Source: the human T2T-CHM13v2.0 reference genome, Homo sapiens. Taken from it: 64,000 nucleotides of DNA. The notes under the pieces were generated by a model. That model had not been told where the DNA came from and did no database searches. It was given only the letters and a program-made list of their open reading frames with translations. Below, piece after piece: positions 29,255 through 44,286 of this stretch. The position numbers and the translations under genes are program-made. Numbering within the stretch: position 1 is the first letter of the stretch; each line of letters begins with the position of its first letter. Location of the stretch: assembly GCF_009914755.1 (NCBI RefSeq), contig NC_060931.1; one strand, 5' to 3'.

Positions 29255-29835
29255 TACCAGGAACAAACCTAGAGCTGGGCAAGCTGAATTACTTGTTCTT
29301 GCAAATGGATAATGCATGCCCATAAGGAACTGTGGGGCATCTCAGAGAGTGTTAGAAAGGACATTTATGGCATTTGAATGGGTGTTAGGTAATTTGAGGG
29401 AGGGACCAAGGAAGCAGGGCTTTGCTCTGGATTGGATGCTCTCAGGAAGTGCAGGGTAACTCTATGATTGGGTATCTTAAATCATATCTAGAATAAGGGA
29501 AGACTAAAAATGAGGCCAAGTCTGTAATTGACAAGCACCCCTCACTCATATTAGCTGGGAGAGGGGAGGTTTGGTATTTTATGGTTTACACAGTGAACCA
29601 GTAATGATGAATACAGTGTTTTCATCTGTGCTTAGATAAGAGTATAAAGTTTTTTTTTGTTTTGTTGCTTGTTTGGTGTCACTTCTTCACACTCAAAGAG
29701 TGATCCTATCTGATGTTAGAATTCCAAGAGACCTGAGAACAACACGTCTAGCTGTGAATGCCAGGTCACAGAGACACAGCTGTGAGAGTCAGGCCGGTTC
29801 CCCATGTTAGGGACTGCTTTTCTTTTTCTCTCCAG
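29255..29835 (-). mobile_element. Probable old ERV LTR (family uncertain)
   Basis: ~580-bp block ending 'gggactgcttttctttttctctc' resembles the antisense 5' end of old ERV1-class LTRs. Confidence 0.4.
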
Positions 29836-30059
29836 CTGCCTCAGAGATGATTGTCACCCCTACCCTCTTTCCAGCCCACATGTGGTTATGTTTAACTTCT
29901 GTCTGATCATAGATCCAGCATGTAGCAAGGCTTCATGCATGCAGCAAGCTTCCATTCCATGAATGCTGCAAAAACCACCATATCTTATGCCAGAAGTATC
30001 TCAGCCTCCTTCCTCCCAGTATGGCTATAAGTGTGGTAGGTTCCTGAGGCTTCCTGGAC

Positions 30060-31095
30060 ATCTAGTACAGAGGTCCTGACACTAGTAGAGAGAAGACTGC
30101 AGTGGTCTGGGGCAAGATGGTAAGGGACTAGACACTGTGGACATGGAGAAGCTGGAGTCAAGAGATATTTGAGAGGTAGAATTCATAAGATTATCAGGGA
30201 GAGAAACTGAGGAGTCTGATATTGCTATCTTAGGAGGCCAGGTATTAGTGATGTTATTAACCAAGGTGAAGCTTATAAGTTCACAATAGGTTTTACAGGG
30301 AGGTGATCATTTCTGTTTGGGACATGTTCCATTTAAGATGCCTATCGCAGAGATGGCCTATAGGCAGTAGCGTATAGGGGAGGGTTTAGCACTGGGACTC
30401 ACCAACCTGATGAACGTGGGAGGGTCGCTTAGATAACAAGGGAGAACAAGTAGAATGAGAAAAGAAGCAGCTGCAGAACAAACTCAAATAAGCAACTAGA
30501 AACAAAAACAAATATGGGGAAATTATCTAGAATGAAAAGAGACTAATAAGTGTATGCTTTTAAAAATGTCAAAGGCATCAGGGAAGTCAAAAACTGGGAA
30601 AACCAATAAGTAGTGGCCATTTCCATGCATTCATTTATTCAACAGATATTTATTGGGCACCAACTATGTACCAGGGGCTGTTCAGGCCCTAGAAATAACA
30701 TAGTGTGTTGGAGGATGAGGGGCGGGTAGGAGGGAGAAAACAAACAGACATCCCTACCCTCATAGATCTTACATAATTAACTTATTTATTATAAGTACGT
30801 TATGTAAGAGATCAGAAGATAATAACTATTTTGAAGACAAGACAAAGAAGGAGATGGTCTGAGGTGGGGGTATGGGAGAAAGCTGAATTTTAGACAGGGT
30901 GCTCTCTCAACTGCGAAGTACCATTTAAACAAATGTGAAGTAGTTGAAGTGAATGATGTGGTTATCTGGGGTCAATCCAGATGGCAAGGAAGTTCTCAGT
31001 GCTTTCAATAGCTAGACCAACAAGAGAAGTTTAGCCTTGCCTGGTGCCTTGCACATAGTAAATGTTCAATATATATTCAATGAGTTAACTAATGC
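30060..31095. mobile_element. L2 fragments
   Basis: 'cattcatttattcaacagatatttattgggcaccaactatgtaccagg', 'gtttgggacatgttccatttaagatgcc' and 'tgccttgcacatagtaaatgttcaata'. Confidence 0.65.
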
Positions 31096-32164
31096 AGTGA
31101 GTATTCATGGAAGTAAGTATACAAATAATTGATTAGTTTGAGAAGCACAATCAATATGTAGGCATAACAGTAGGTTGACCTGGAAAAATTAAAAGTATTT
31201 AGGAATACCTTCTTGATAAAATATACATTTACGTGTTGTTACTTAACAATGTAAAAGGTCTCCTTTTGTTTCCTTTTTTTCTGAGAGTGATCATTGGATA
31301 GATAAATTTTGCAATAGATATTTGCAAGACTACAATTTGGGCTTCTGTTGGGGAGGCATGGTATTTCGTTGTCCTTTTGCTTCTGTCCACTATTTTATCA
31401 TAAAAGAAACCTCATATAAACATTACGGTCTTATTCTGATTGACAAACAGCAGTAGGCAACGATTTCTTATGGCTGAGGTATCTAATATAAAACGGATCT
31501 GTATACACATGCACATGGACAATTTATATCAAGGCCCTGATAAAAGTTAAATTGTGTCTTGATTTTTGAGAACTGAAATATCTGCTTTTCTGCCAGCACC
31601 ACAGAGAGCTCATGAATGATGGAAGTGCTTTGGCTTTTAGAGAGGTGCCATTTCTTTGCAATGCTACTTCTTTGGGGAACAAATACGAAAAATAAAATGT
31701 GTCACTTTACATGATACAGAGTCTTTTTATTGTCACCTTCCTGGCTTTAAAAGTGAATGGACAAATCATAAAAAGACATATTGTAGATGCAAGTTCTGCT
31801 TTAGATTTAGATATTCTAATGGAGTATATAATTCAGTGAGTCTTTTCTGTGTCTCTTATTTCTCCCATTCCTTATCTATGGGCAGAGCGACCTGGTAATA
31901 AAATACCAAACTGTGAATACTTTTGGCTGGCAGTCTCTCTCAGCTTATACCTCTTGAAGATGATGATTTTCCTCTCAACTTATTCCACAGGAGTATTGTT
32001 AAAATCCATCAGATTGAGCCCTGGGGATTTAATAGAAGTGGTTGTGTACACATATGGCTGTAATGACAATTTGCCAAATTTTCAGAGATCACAATCACAA
32101 GGATCAATTATAAACAGTTTGCAGACTTAGACACCAATACTTTAAAAATTAATGGAACCACAAT

Positions 32165-33020
32165 AGGACGACTTCACACTCCCTTGGATGGCAATAATAA
32201 AAAAGACAAACAATAACAAGTGCCTGTGAGGATGTGAAGAAATTGGAATCTTCATACATTGCTGTTGAGAATGTAAAATGATGCAGCCACTGTGAAAACA
32301 ATATGGCAGTTTCTCAAAAAGTTAAACACAGAGTTACCATATGACCCAGCAATTCCACTCCTACATATATACCCAAGAGAATTGAGAACATATGTCCACA
32401 CAAAACTTGTACATAAATGTTCATGGCAGAATTATTCATAATAGACAAAAAGTAGAAACAACCCAAATGTCTATCAACTAATGAACGTGTAAATAAAATG
32501 TAGTATATCCATACAATGGAATAATATTCAGCCACCGAAAAGAATGAAGTAATTATATATTATTCAACATAGATGAAACATGAAAACATGCTGGTAAAAG
32601 AAACTAGACACAAAAGGTCAGATATTTCATGACTCCATTTATACGAAATGTCTAGAATAGGTAAATCCATAGAAAAAAATTGATTAATGGTTGCCTAGGA
32701 CTGGGAAGTTTGTGGGTAAATAGGGAGTGACTGCTAATTGGTATGAGATGTTCATTTTAGAGGTGATAAAAATGTTCTGGCATTAGATAGTGATGATGGT
32801 TGCACAAATATACTTTAAAAATCATCAGATTGTATACTGTAAAAGTATGAATTTTATGGAATGTAAGTTACATCTCAAAGTTGTTATTTTAAAATTTTTA
32901 AATCAAATATTTAAAATTCGATTGAATATCATATGACATAAAGGGATTATTGTTAATTCTTGGTATGATAATAATATCGTGGTTATGTTTTTTAAACATG
33001 TCTTATGGAGATAATCACTA
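32165..33020 (+). mobile_element. L1MB/MC 3' region
   Basis: 'gagttaccatatgacccagcaattccactccta...aatgttctggcattagatagtgatgatggttgcaca'. Confidence 0.9.
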
Positions 33021-33781
33021 AATTATTATACATTTTTAATTAATGGCAAGTTTATATTGCCAAGGGGGTACTCTATTGCTGGACTCCCATCACATGGACA
33101 TGGTGGCCATGGACTCTAAATCCCAGATTCATGCTTTGATCTTGAGAAAATTTCTTTGATACTGCAAAACTCAGTGTTCTCTTCCAGAAAGCAGAAATTG
33201 TTATAAGGATTGAAAACTCTTAGGGCAGTTATGAAAGCCAGTAGCTCATCAACAAATGGTCATTGTTGTTGGGGGTGGGAGGTGAAGGTAGTTCTTAACT
33301 TTATTACGTTGATTCCAAGACACATTTTTTTTTTCATTTTAACAATTCTGAAGCTAAGGTGCATCTACTAATCAGCGGCATTTTGTAGTTTTATTAAAAT
33401 ATTCTTGCTTTTTTAAAAAAATGTAGATTTAGAGGACACAAGTGCAGATTTCTTAAATGCATACATTGCATAGTGGTAGAAATTTTGCTTTCTTACGGTA
33501 CATAAAATAAAGGAGCATCTTATATTAAATGAAGATAAGAATAGTTGTTTCATTTTTATGTTCCAAGCAGTGGTTTAGGCACTGAGAATATAGCAGCAAA
33601 CTGTAAAGACTAAGTTCTTGCCCATGGAGAGTTGACACTTTAGTGGAGTGAGAAGAGAGGGGACATAAATTAATAAATATTTACTGTGTCAAGTAGCTAT
33701 ATGTGTTATAAAAATTATAAAGTAGAATATCTGCATGAAATTAGACCCTTGTCTTACACCATACACAAAAATAAACTCAAA

Positions 33782-33955
33782 AGCTGGACGTGGTGGGACA
33801 CACCTATAGTTCCAGCTACTCAAGGGGCTGAGGCAGGAGGATTGCTTAAACCAAGGAGTTTGGGGCTATAGTGCACTATGATTGCACCAGTGAATAGGCA
33901 CTGCACTCCAGCCTGCACAATATAACAAGACTTTGTGTCTACAAAGAAAAAAAGA
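33782..33955 (+). mobile_element. FRAM/FAM Alu monomer
   Basis: 'ctatagtgcactatgattgcaccagtgaataggcactgcactcc'. Confidence 0.82.
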
Positions 33956-35002
33956 ACTCAGAATGGATTAAATAACTAAACGTAAGACCTGAAATCCTAA
34001 TACTCCCAAAAGAGAACATAGAAGAAAACTTCCTTAATATTGGCCTTGGCAATAGTTTTTTGGCTATTACACCAAAAGCTCAGGTACAAAAGCAAGAGTA
34101 AATAAATGAGACTTCATCGAACTAAATTTTCTGCACAGCAAAGGAAACAATCAACAAAACGAAATAGCAATCTATGGACTGAAAAATAGTGTTTGCAAAC
34201 CATACATTTGATAAAGTGATAGTATCCAAAACTCATGCCGCTTAATAGTAGTAAAACAAATAACTTGATTTAAAAATGGGCAAAGGACATAAATAGACAT
34301 TTCTCTTCAGAAAACATAAAAATGGTCAACAGGTATATGAAAAGGTGGTCAACATCATCAATCATCAGGAAAATGCAAACTAAAACTACTGTGAGTAATC
34401 ACCTCACATTTGTTGACATGACTATTGCCAGTCAAGAGATAACAAATGTTGGAGAAGGTGTGAAGGAAAGGGAACCCTTGTACATGGTTGCTAGAAATAT
34501 AGATTAGTGTGGCCTTTATAGAAAACAGTATGGAGGTTCCTAAAGAAATTAAAACTGTAACTAACTACCATATGACCCAGCAATTCCTCTTCTGAGTATA
34601 TAACCAAAGGAAGTGAAATCACCACCTCCTAAAGACATCTGCATTCCTATATTCACGGCGGTATTATTCCTAATAGCCAAGAACTGGACACGATCTGACT
34701 CCATCAATGAATGTCTAAATTGTTATGTATATGTATACATACATAGTGAAATATTATTCAGCCTTAAAAAAAGAGATCCTGCCATTTGCCAGACATTAAT
34801 AAACCCGGAGAATGTTATGCTAGGTGAAATAATCCAGACCACAGAAAGAAAAATATTGAAGGCTCTCATTTTTATGTGGAATCTAAAAAAAAAAAATTCA
34901 AATATACAGATATACAGAGATAGAGAATAAAACAGTGGCTGCTAGGGGCAGGGGAGAGTGGGATAGAAATGAGGATATCTAGGTTAGAGGATAAAAAGTA
35001 GC

Positions 35003-35350
<348 letters not shown>

Positions 35351-36121
35351 CTAAATGTACAACATGAGGATTATAGTTTAAAAAATTGTACTGTATTAGG
35401 GAGTTCTGCTAAATGAGTAGATTTTAGCTGCTCTTATCCCAATGAAAGGGTAACTATGTGAGATGATGGATATGTTAATTTGCTTCAGTAGAGTAATCCT
35501 TTTACTATTTATGTATCTAATAACCTCATGTTTTATACCCTAAATAAATGTAATAAAATTGATTTTTAAAAATAAAAAGTGAAATAAAGGGATTAGAGTG
35601 TAATTGGCTATTCTTTTATGTAGGGTATTCAGAGAAGTGTTCTCTGATTAGGTAATATTTGAGCAAAAACTGGAAGATGATTAAACAATCATTACTAAAA
35701 TACTTTGTAAAACTTTGTAAAAAAGTAAAGAAGCATTTTCTCTCATTATGCTGTAAAACCATCATATTCTTGATTAGCCCCTAGAAAAAAAATAATTGGC
35801 TCAGTCTCAGTCATTATGAAGTTTCATGGGCTTGTCTAAGAGACAGACATGGAAACATTAATTGCCATGCAATATAATAGCTACTAATATAGAAAACTCT
35901 AATACCTCTCTAGAAACATATAGGAGGCAGACCATAATAGAAGGCCTCACAGAAATATAATTTGAGCTGCAGACTTAAAAATATTTTTAATTAAAAATAT
36001 TTTTAGAGAAAATGTATATACAGAAAAGTGCACACACACACACAAATCACCTCCATTGCATATTTTTTGTTTTGTTTTTTGCAATATAAAATGAGAAATA
36101 AAAGTCTCTCTCTCATTACCA

Positions 36122-36699
<578 letters not shown>

Positions 36700-36869
36700 T
36701 TAACTAAAACCTAAAGGATGAGTGAAAGAAGATAGTGGGTCACAGGAGGAACCGTATAATCAAGACAGATCAAAAGACACATGTACTTACACTCAGGAAA
36801 AAATTAAAAATTACAAAATTCATGGAATATTCAGAGAATTGTACATAGTTAATATGGTTAGACCTGAAT

Positions 36870-37316
<447 letters not shown>

Positions 37317-38213
37317 TAGTAATAAATTAATGACAGTCTTCTTGTATCTTACTGGGGGAATGAGGAAGAAATGACTAGGGACATTTCAATTTCAACTTTT
37401 TCCTCCATTGTGCCTTTTGAGTCTAAGTTACCTGTGAGTGAAAGAAGTGTTCATACTTCCAATTAGTCATTTCCTAGTGTTCAGATGTGAACAAAACAAG
37501 CGTTATAGCTTTAATATCCTAATTTGCCCCTTGGCTTCAACTATATTTCTAAAGATCTTTGATCCTGACATGGGTTTTTAGCTCTGCTATATCTGTTCCC
37601 AAATCTTAACACTCATTAGCTTATCTGAAATCTATTTTATTGCTGTTTTTTTCCACACTCGAGCGAGATGATCTGGAAACTTCTGAGTGATTCCTGTAGC
37701 CCTGCATATCTATGCCAACAGTTTATTCCCAGCAAACCCCTAAATTTCTCTCCCGCTACCAGTACGGCAAATTATGTAAACCCAGTCAAGTAATGATGTG
37801 CATCACTTACCAAGAAAATCTCTCAATAGGAAAATAAATTCAAGTAGCTGAGCTTTTCAAGGACTTTTTAGAACTGTTCTGATGTCTTTGGGCAAATATG
37901 TATATTACCTCTTGAAATAGCTGTGCCTGATATGATGGTGGCAGTTTAGGCATCAGAGGCAGACATGGATTTGAGTTCTAGCTACCTATAACTACAGTAG
38001 TTTGCCCTTCTATGCTTCATCTGTAAAATGGAATATTTAATTACTTTACAAAGTTGTGATATCAAAAAACAACTTAAGTGAAAGTTTGGACTGGTATCCA
38101 GCAGGTCACAGGGGCATAATGTGTTAAGCTCCTTCATCGTCATTAATTAATATGTCCACCTATTCACAAAGCTTAAATATAGCTATATGTTCCAAAATGT
38201 GAAAAAAAAATCT

Positions 38214-38312
38214 GGGCTGATTGTGGTGGCTTATGCCTGTAATCCCAGCACTTTGGGAGGCTGAGGAGTTTGAGACCAGCCAGGGCAACATAGGGAGACC
38301 CACTCTGTCTAT
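38214..38312 (+). mobile_element. FLAM/Alu left-arm fragment with internal deletion
   Basis: 'ggaggctgagg|agtttgagacc'. Confidence 0.8.
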
Positions 38313-38864
38313 ATATATACATTTAAAAATCTGTCTTCATCCATAGGTGTAGAATGATTTGATGCTTAAAGTAACTAAAACACTTTGGGATTTAAAAAAT
38401 TAGAGTATCATTTAAATCATCTTGAAAAAGAAAGATAAGACGAAAAGGGGGCTGATAGAGGAGAAATTAAAATAACATTCCTACCCCAGCTTCCTTTGAT
38501 TCAGTATTTCATCATAAGCCTTAACATACTCATAATTTTCAGTAGTATAGTATTTATTTCTAGCCCAACTGTCACTGCTCTTGCTTTTTTCTCTTCTTTC
38601 ATTCTGCCTTTAACTCATGTTACTTTGCTGTATTTTATGTTAATCTGTAAGCGCCCTCAAACCTTTTTTGAAACACAGAGGGGTATAAATAAAATAAAGT
38701 AGTGTGTGCCAGACATGGTAACTTCAGAAGGAGAGCCCAAGAAATCATAATTCTTAACAGTGCCTAACACATACTTCCAGCCCATAATCTGTGGCCTGTT
38801 GGGCAACAAAACCAACTTTTGCCTTTTCCTAAACTTCTTTAATTGTAAAAATTATAGTTGCTCC

Positions 38865-39110
38865 CATCTATTAAGTACTTAATACGTGCTCTGTGCTCAC
38901 TGTTAGTCTAAGACCTCTGATTATTCATTTAATTTTCCCAATAATTCTAGGAAGCAGGTAATAATTATTATCCCCAATGTACAACCAAGGAAATTGAGTG
39001 ACAAACAAATTAAGTCCGTTTCTCAAGGTCAGGCACCTGCTAAGTGGTGAGCTAGGGTCCCTCTGAAGGCAGCCTGACTCCAAACCTGTTTCTCTCTTAG
39101 CCACTATGTA
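38865..39110 (-). mobile_element. MIR
   Basis: 'tattatccccaatgtacaaccaaggaaattgag...tctcaaggtca...ctaagtggtgagctaggg'. Confidence 0.75.
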
Positions 39111-39159
39111 ATGCAATTCATAGGGGAATTAAAAAGTCCTCATAAAGGTCTTAGAATAT

Positions 39160-39456
39160 ATATATATATTTTTTATGAGACACGGTCTTGCTCTGTCGGC
39201 CAGGTTGGATTGCAGTGGCATGATCTTGGCTCACTAAAACCTCCGCCTCCTGGGTTCAAGCGAGTGTCCTGCCTCAGCCTCCTGAGTAGCTGGGATTACA
39301 GGCACATGCTACCATGCTCCGCTAATTTTTGTATTTTTAGTAGGGATGGAGTTTTGTCATGTTGCTCAGGGTGATCTCAAACTCCTGGCCTCAAGTGATC
39401 TGCCCACCTCAGCCTCCCAAATTGCTGGGATTACAAGCCTGAGCTGCTGCACCCAG
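39160..39456 (-). mobile_element. Alu (J/S)
   Basis: Antisense dimer with (TA)n-containing tail. Confidence 0.93.
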
Positions 39457-39864
39457 GTGGTCTTAGCAACACTTTATAATTCTTCCTTGATTTGGTTTTA
39501 GCCTCATAGATATTGATAAATCATCTAAAAAACCATTCTCTTACACTCTATTATAAGTTAATTTTCTGCCCTTAAAGTTGTTCTTTTTCTTTAAACATAA
39601 TAAATAAAAATAAGAAAGTTGTTATTTATCCTTTCTTCAATATATTTCTCAAAAATTTCAATACAGATTTTACATGGCTAGGAAGGAGAAAGAATGAGTG
39701 AAAATAGCCTGCTCTTTCAAACAGTCAAATCAATTCAACAAAATATTCACAGAGACATCACCATAGCAGACCAAATGACAGATCCTGGGGCTATGCAGAG
39801 TAGGCTTCTTTGGCTTCATGGTGCCTATGTCCAATGGGGAGTCCAAATATTAAACATGAAGTGA

Positions 39865-40259
39865 TGTCTTCATTCATTAGTGCTGCTATAACAAAATACC
39901 ACAGCCTGGGTAATTTATAAAGAAAAGAAATGTATTTTCTCGCAGTTCTGGAGGCTGGTAAGTCCAAGATCAAAGTACTGGCTGGTGACGGAGGGCCCAG
40001 TCTCTCTGCTTCCAGGATGGTACTTCGGTGATGCAACCTCCAGAGGGGAGCAAAGCTATATCATCACATGGCAGTTGGCAGAAGGACAAGCTAACCAAAT
40101 GCTTTGCAAAGCTTCTTTTATAAGGGCCTTAATCCCATTCAGGAGGGAGGAGTCCTTGTGGCCTAATCTCCTGTTAAAGTTCCCACCTGTTTATCCTATT
40201 ACATTGTCCTTTAATTCTGAACATCTGAATGTTGGAGGGGACATATTCAAATCCTGGCA
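39865..40259 (-). mobile_element. MST MaLR LTR
   Basis: tgtcttcattcattagtgctgctataacaaaatacc ... ggggacatattcaaatcctggca. Confidence 0.85.
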
Positions 40260-40449
40260 AGTGATAATGTTATGAGAGAGAGAATGGTAATAACTCAGGG
40301 TTCTCTGAGAGCCAGGGGATGGGTACTGTATCCAGATGAGTAATTTAGGATAGCACTCATTCCCTCAGGCTTCCCACTGAAAAGGTTGCTTTGGTTGAGG
40401 TCTTTTGAAAGATGTCATGAGAGACGAAGTGAAGGCTTTCAGAGTATTG

Positions 40450-40823
40450 CGTTTTAGTCAGCTCAGGATGTCATAACAAAGTGGCTTAACAATATAAATT
40501 TATTTCTTGAAGTTCTACAGGCTGTGAAGTTCAAGATGAAGGTGCCAGCATGGTTAGTTTCTGGTGAGGGCTCTCTTCCTGGCATGTAGACAGCTGCCTT
40601 CTCACTTGTGTTCTCACCTGCCAGGGAGAAAGAGGAAGAAACAGTGAATTCTCTAGTTTCTCTTCTTATATGGACACTAATACTATAAAATCAGGGTGCT
40701 ACTTTTATAACCTCATATAACCTTAATTACCTCCATAAAGGCCTTATCTCCAAATATGGTCACATTGGGTGTTGAGACTTCAACATATGAATTTTGAGAG
40801 ACACAAATATTCAGTCCATAGCA
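40450..40823 (-). mobile_element. MLT1A/B MaLR LTR
   Basis: 'ttagtcagctcaggatgtcataacaaa...gacacaaatattcagtccatagca'. Confidence 0.85.
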
Positions 40824-41781
40824 TATGAGTAGGGGGAGGGAAGAGTGAAAGAGTTTGAGCATGGAGAGATTTCAGGAAAAAAATATAGAATTGAGACCCT
40901 GTTGATTTCAAGGATCTGAACATAATTCCATAATTAAGGTGTTTGGATACTAGAAGGTTAATGAGTTCAGCAAAAGTTTAGGCTTTATCCAAACAGCAAC
41001 AATGATGAGAAATCATAGAAATGCTTTACCACAGAAGGGACACAATGTCATATAATTCTTGAGGAGCCTTATAATAGTAAGGAGGATAGGACAGGGGCAA
41101 GCTGGAAGGCAGACAGTTGAGGAGATTGTAGTTTCAGGCGAGAGGCACTGAGGACAGAAAGGAGTGGGAAGATTAAGGAGAGATGTTTAGGGGGTCAAAA
41201 CAGCAGGATTTTGAGATGAATTCAACTCTGTGAAAGAGGGGAAGGGAGAGGTGTCAAAGATGGTGTCCAGGCTGCTGGCTGGGTCCTCCCCAGCACTTGG
41301 TGCTCCAGGAGAGAGGAAACAGGCATTAGATAGAGAACACAAAAAGAGAATTGTCTGTGTCCCAGGCAGCGCAGTGAGAAAACTCTCCCTACTTGCTAAG
41401 AGCCCCAAGCATAGCTGGAGTCTCTAACGGCCAGAGCTTTCTGTCATTTAGCTTGCCTTTTATAGCCACCTTTAAGCCTTAAAGTTTAAAAACTAACGAT
41501 GCCTCACTGGTGTCCATTTATCAGCTTTCACCAATTTCCCCATAGGCTCATGTTCTGAGTATTTGTATTATCTTCTTTGGTATATTCCTCTAAGTACATG
41601 GAGATCCAGGCTATGAGAAACAGACCTCTGTGATCTTGTCAGTGGATATTGATTAGCTGAGCAATCGGGAAGCCAGGAGATCTGAAATTTATTTTCCGAA
41701 ATATGTCCAGATTAAAAAGTAGTTAAATATAATAATAAGAAGTAATGTTTATTCAGTGTTAGCAGATATCAAGTACTAGGC

Positions 41782-41801
41782 GTGTATGTGTGTGGGTGTG
41801 C

Positions 41802-41860
<59 letters not shown>

Positions 41861-41862
41861 TA
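41782..41862. repeat. Compound microsatellite (TG)n(TA)15(CA)6
   Basis: Read directly from the sequence; lies within a MIR relic. Confidence 0.95.
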
Positions 41863-42139
41863 ATTTAATCCTGATAGCCACTCTCTAAGCCATATTATCC
41901 CATCTTACAGATGAAAACATTGAGATTTTGGATTTAAATGATTTGCAAGTGAATCTCACAGCTGAGAAGTCAAATCCAGGCAGACTGACTCATAATGCTC
42001 AAATCATAATTTTTATGCCATTTTGTGTCTCCAATTTTGTTTTTATGATAGCTTAACAACTGAGAATTTTAAACATTTTGTCCATTAAACTGCAGCATAT
42101 GTATTGTGATTTAAAATAGCTTTCTTATTATATTAATAG

Positions 42140-42800
42140 AGACTTATTGTGAGAAACTTGAAAAATATAAGGAAAATAAAAATCATCCATAATCTTATCA
42201 CCTGAAGATAACTATTATTACAATTTTGATGTATTTCATGCCAGTATTTTTGGTACTTTTTTATAGTTGAGATCAGTGTTTATAAATTATAATCATGCTT
42301 TTTCATTTAAATTATAAACATAATCATTTCTCTGTGCTATTAAGCATGATTTACAAATGTTATTTTCAATGGCTGTAAAATATTTCATTACATGGATATA
42401 TTATAATTGATGTAACCATTGAAGCATTTTTGAACATTTAGATTTTTTTCCTGTTTTACTACTATAAATAATACATTTGATATTTCAAATTATTTCCTTA
42501 AAAAATAATCACTAGAAGTATAATTATTGCTTCAAAAAGGGTAGGCACAAAAAAAAAGCAAGGGTAGGCACATTTTGAAGGCTCTTATTGCTTTCCAAAA
42601 ACAGTGAAACAGTACACTCAGCCGGGAATAAAAATTCCCATCTCACTATAGCCTTACCAGCACCAAGTACTATCACTTTGATATCTTCATTAAAAATTTC
42701 ATTTAAAGTCCTATTTCCTTGAGTACAGACAACATTTAACATTATTATATGCATTTGAGGTTGTTTTTATCTTTTCTTGAATTTTTTTCTTTTCCTGTTC
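42140..42800 (-). mobile_element. Old L1ME fragment
   Basis: Antisense L1 3' sequence ('ttttcaatggctgtaaaatatttcattacatggatata'). Confidence 0.6.
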
Positions 42801-42997
42801 CTTATCCATTCTCCTTTCATTCAACAAATATCTATTGAGCAACTATTATGTGCTAGGCTTTATCTAAAACTCTGAAAATAGAGTAGTAAAGGAGATAGGC
42901 ACAATCTCTACTCTTGTGGTGCTGATAGGAGAAGGCATATAATAAATGAATTAAAAAGTTAAGAAATAATCTGACAGTAGAAGAGTTTTGCAGGCTA

Positions 42998-43312
<315 letters not shown>

Positions 43313-43352
43313 GGGTGGGGGGGTGGCGGTGGGTAATAGGATGAAGCATAAA

Positions 43353-43700
43353 GCAGAGTTCTTAAAGTTTTCATTCTCAAGAACACTTCACATTCTTAAA
43401 AATTATGGAGAACCCACTGTGGGTTATGTATACATAGCAATATTTACAGTATTAGAAATGAAAACTGAGAAATGTGTAAAACAGAAGAACACTCAAGCAC
43501 ACATTCCATTGTCCATCAGAGAGATGTGATCACCCATCATATAGTCCCTGGAAAACTCTACTCTATACTTGGAAGAGAGTGAGAATGAAAAGGCAAAGAA
43601 TGACTTGGTATTATTATAAAAACAGTTTTGATGTAACAGACCCCCTGCAAAGATTTTGGGGAATCCCTGGCATCCCCAGACCATATTTTGTGAACCACTG
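43353..43700. mobile_element. hAT-type MITE (family uncertain)
   Basis: Termini cagagttcttaaag ... ttttgtgaaccactg (CAG...CTG imperfect TIRs). Confidence 0.55.
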
Positions 43701-43804
43701 TGGTAGAGAATGACTTGCTACTTTGGACTGGGTGTCTAGAGGAGGTCTCTCTGAGAATATGACATTTAAACCAGGATTCAAACCATGATAAAGAACTGCA
43801 GTGT

Positions 43805-44286
<482 letters not shown>

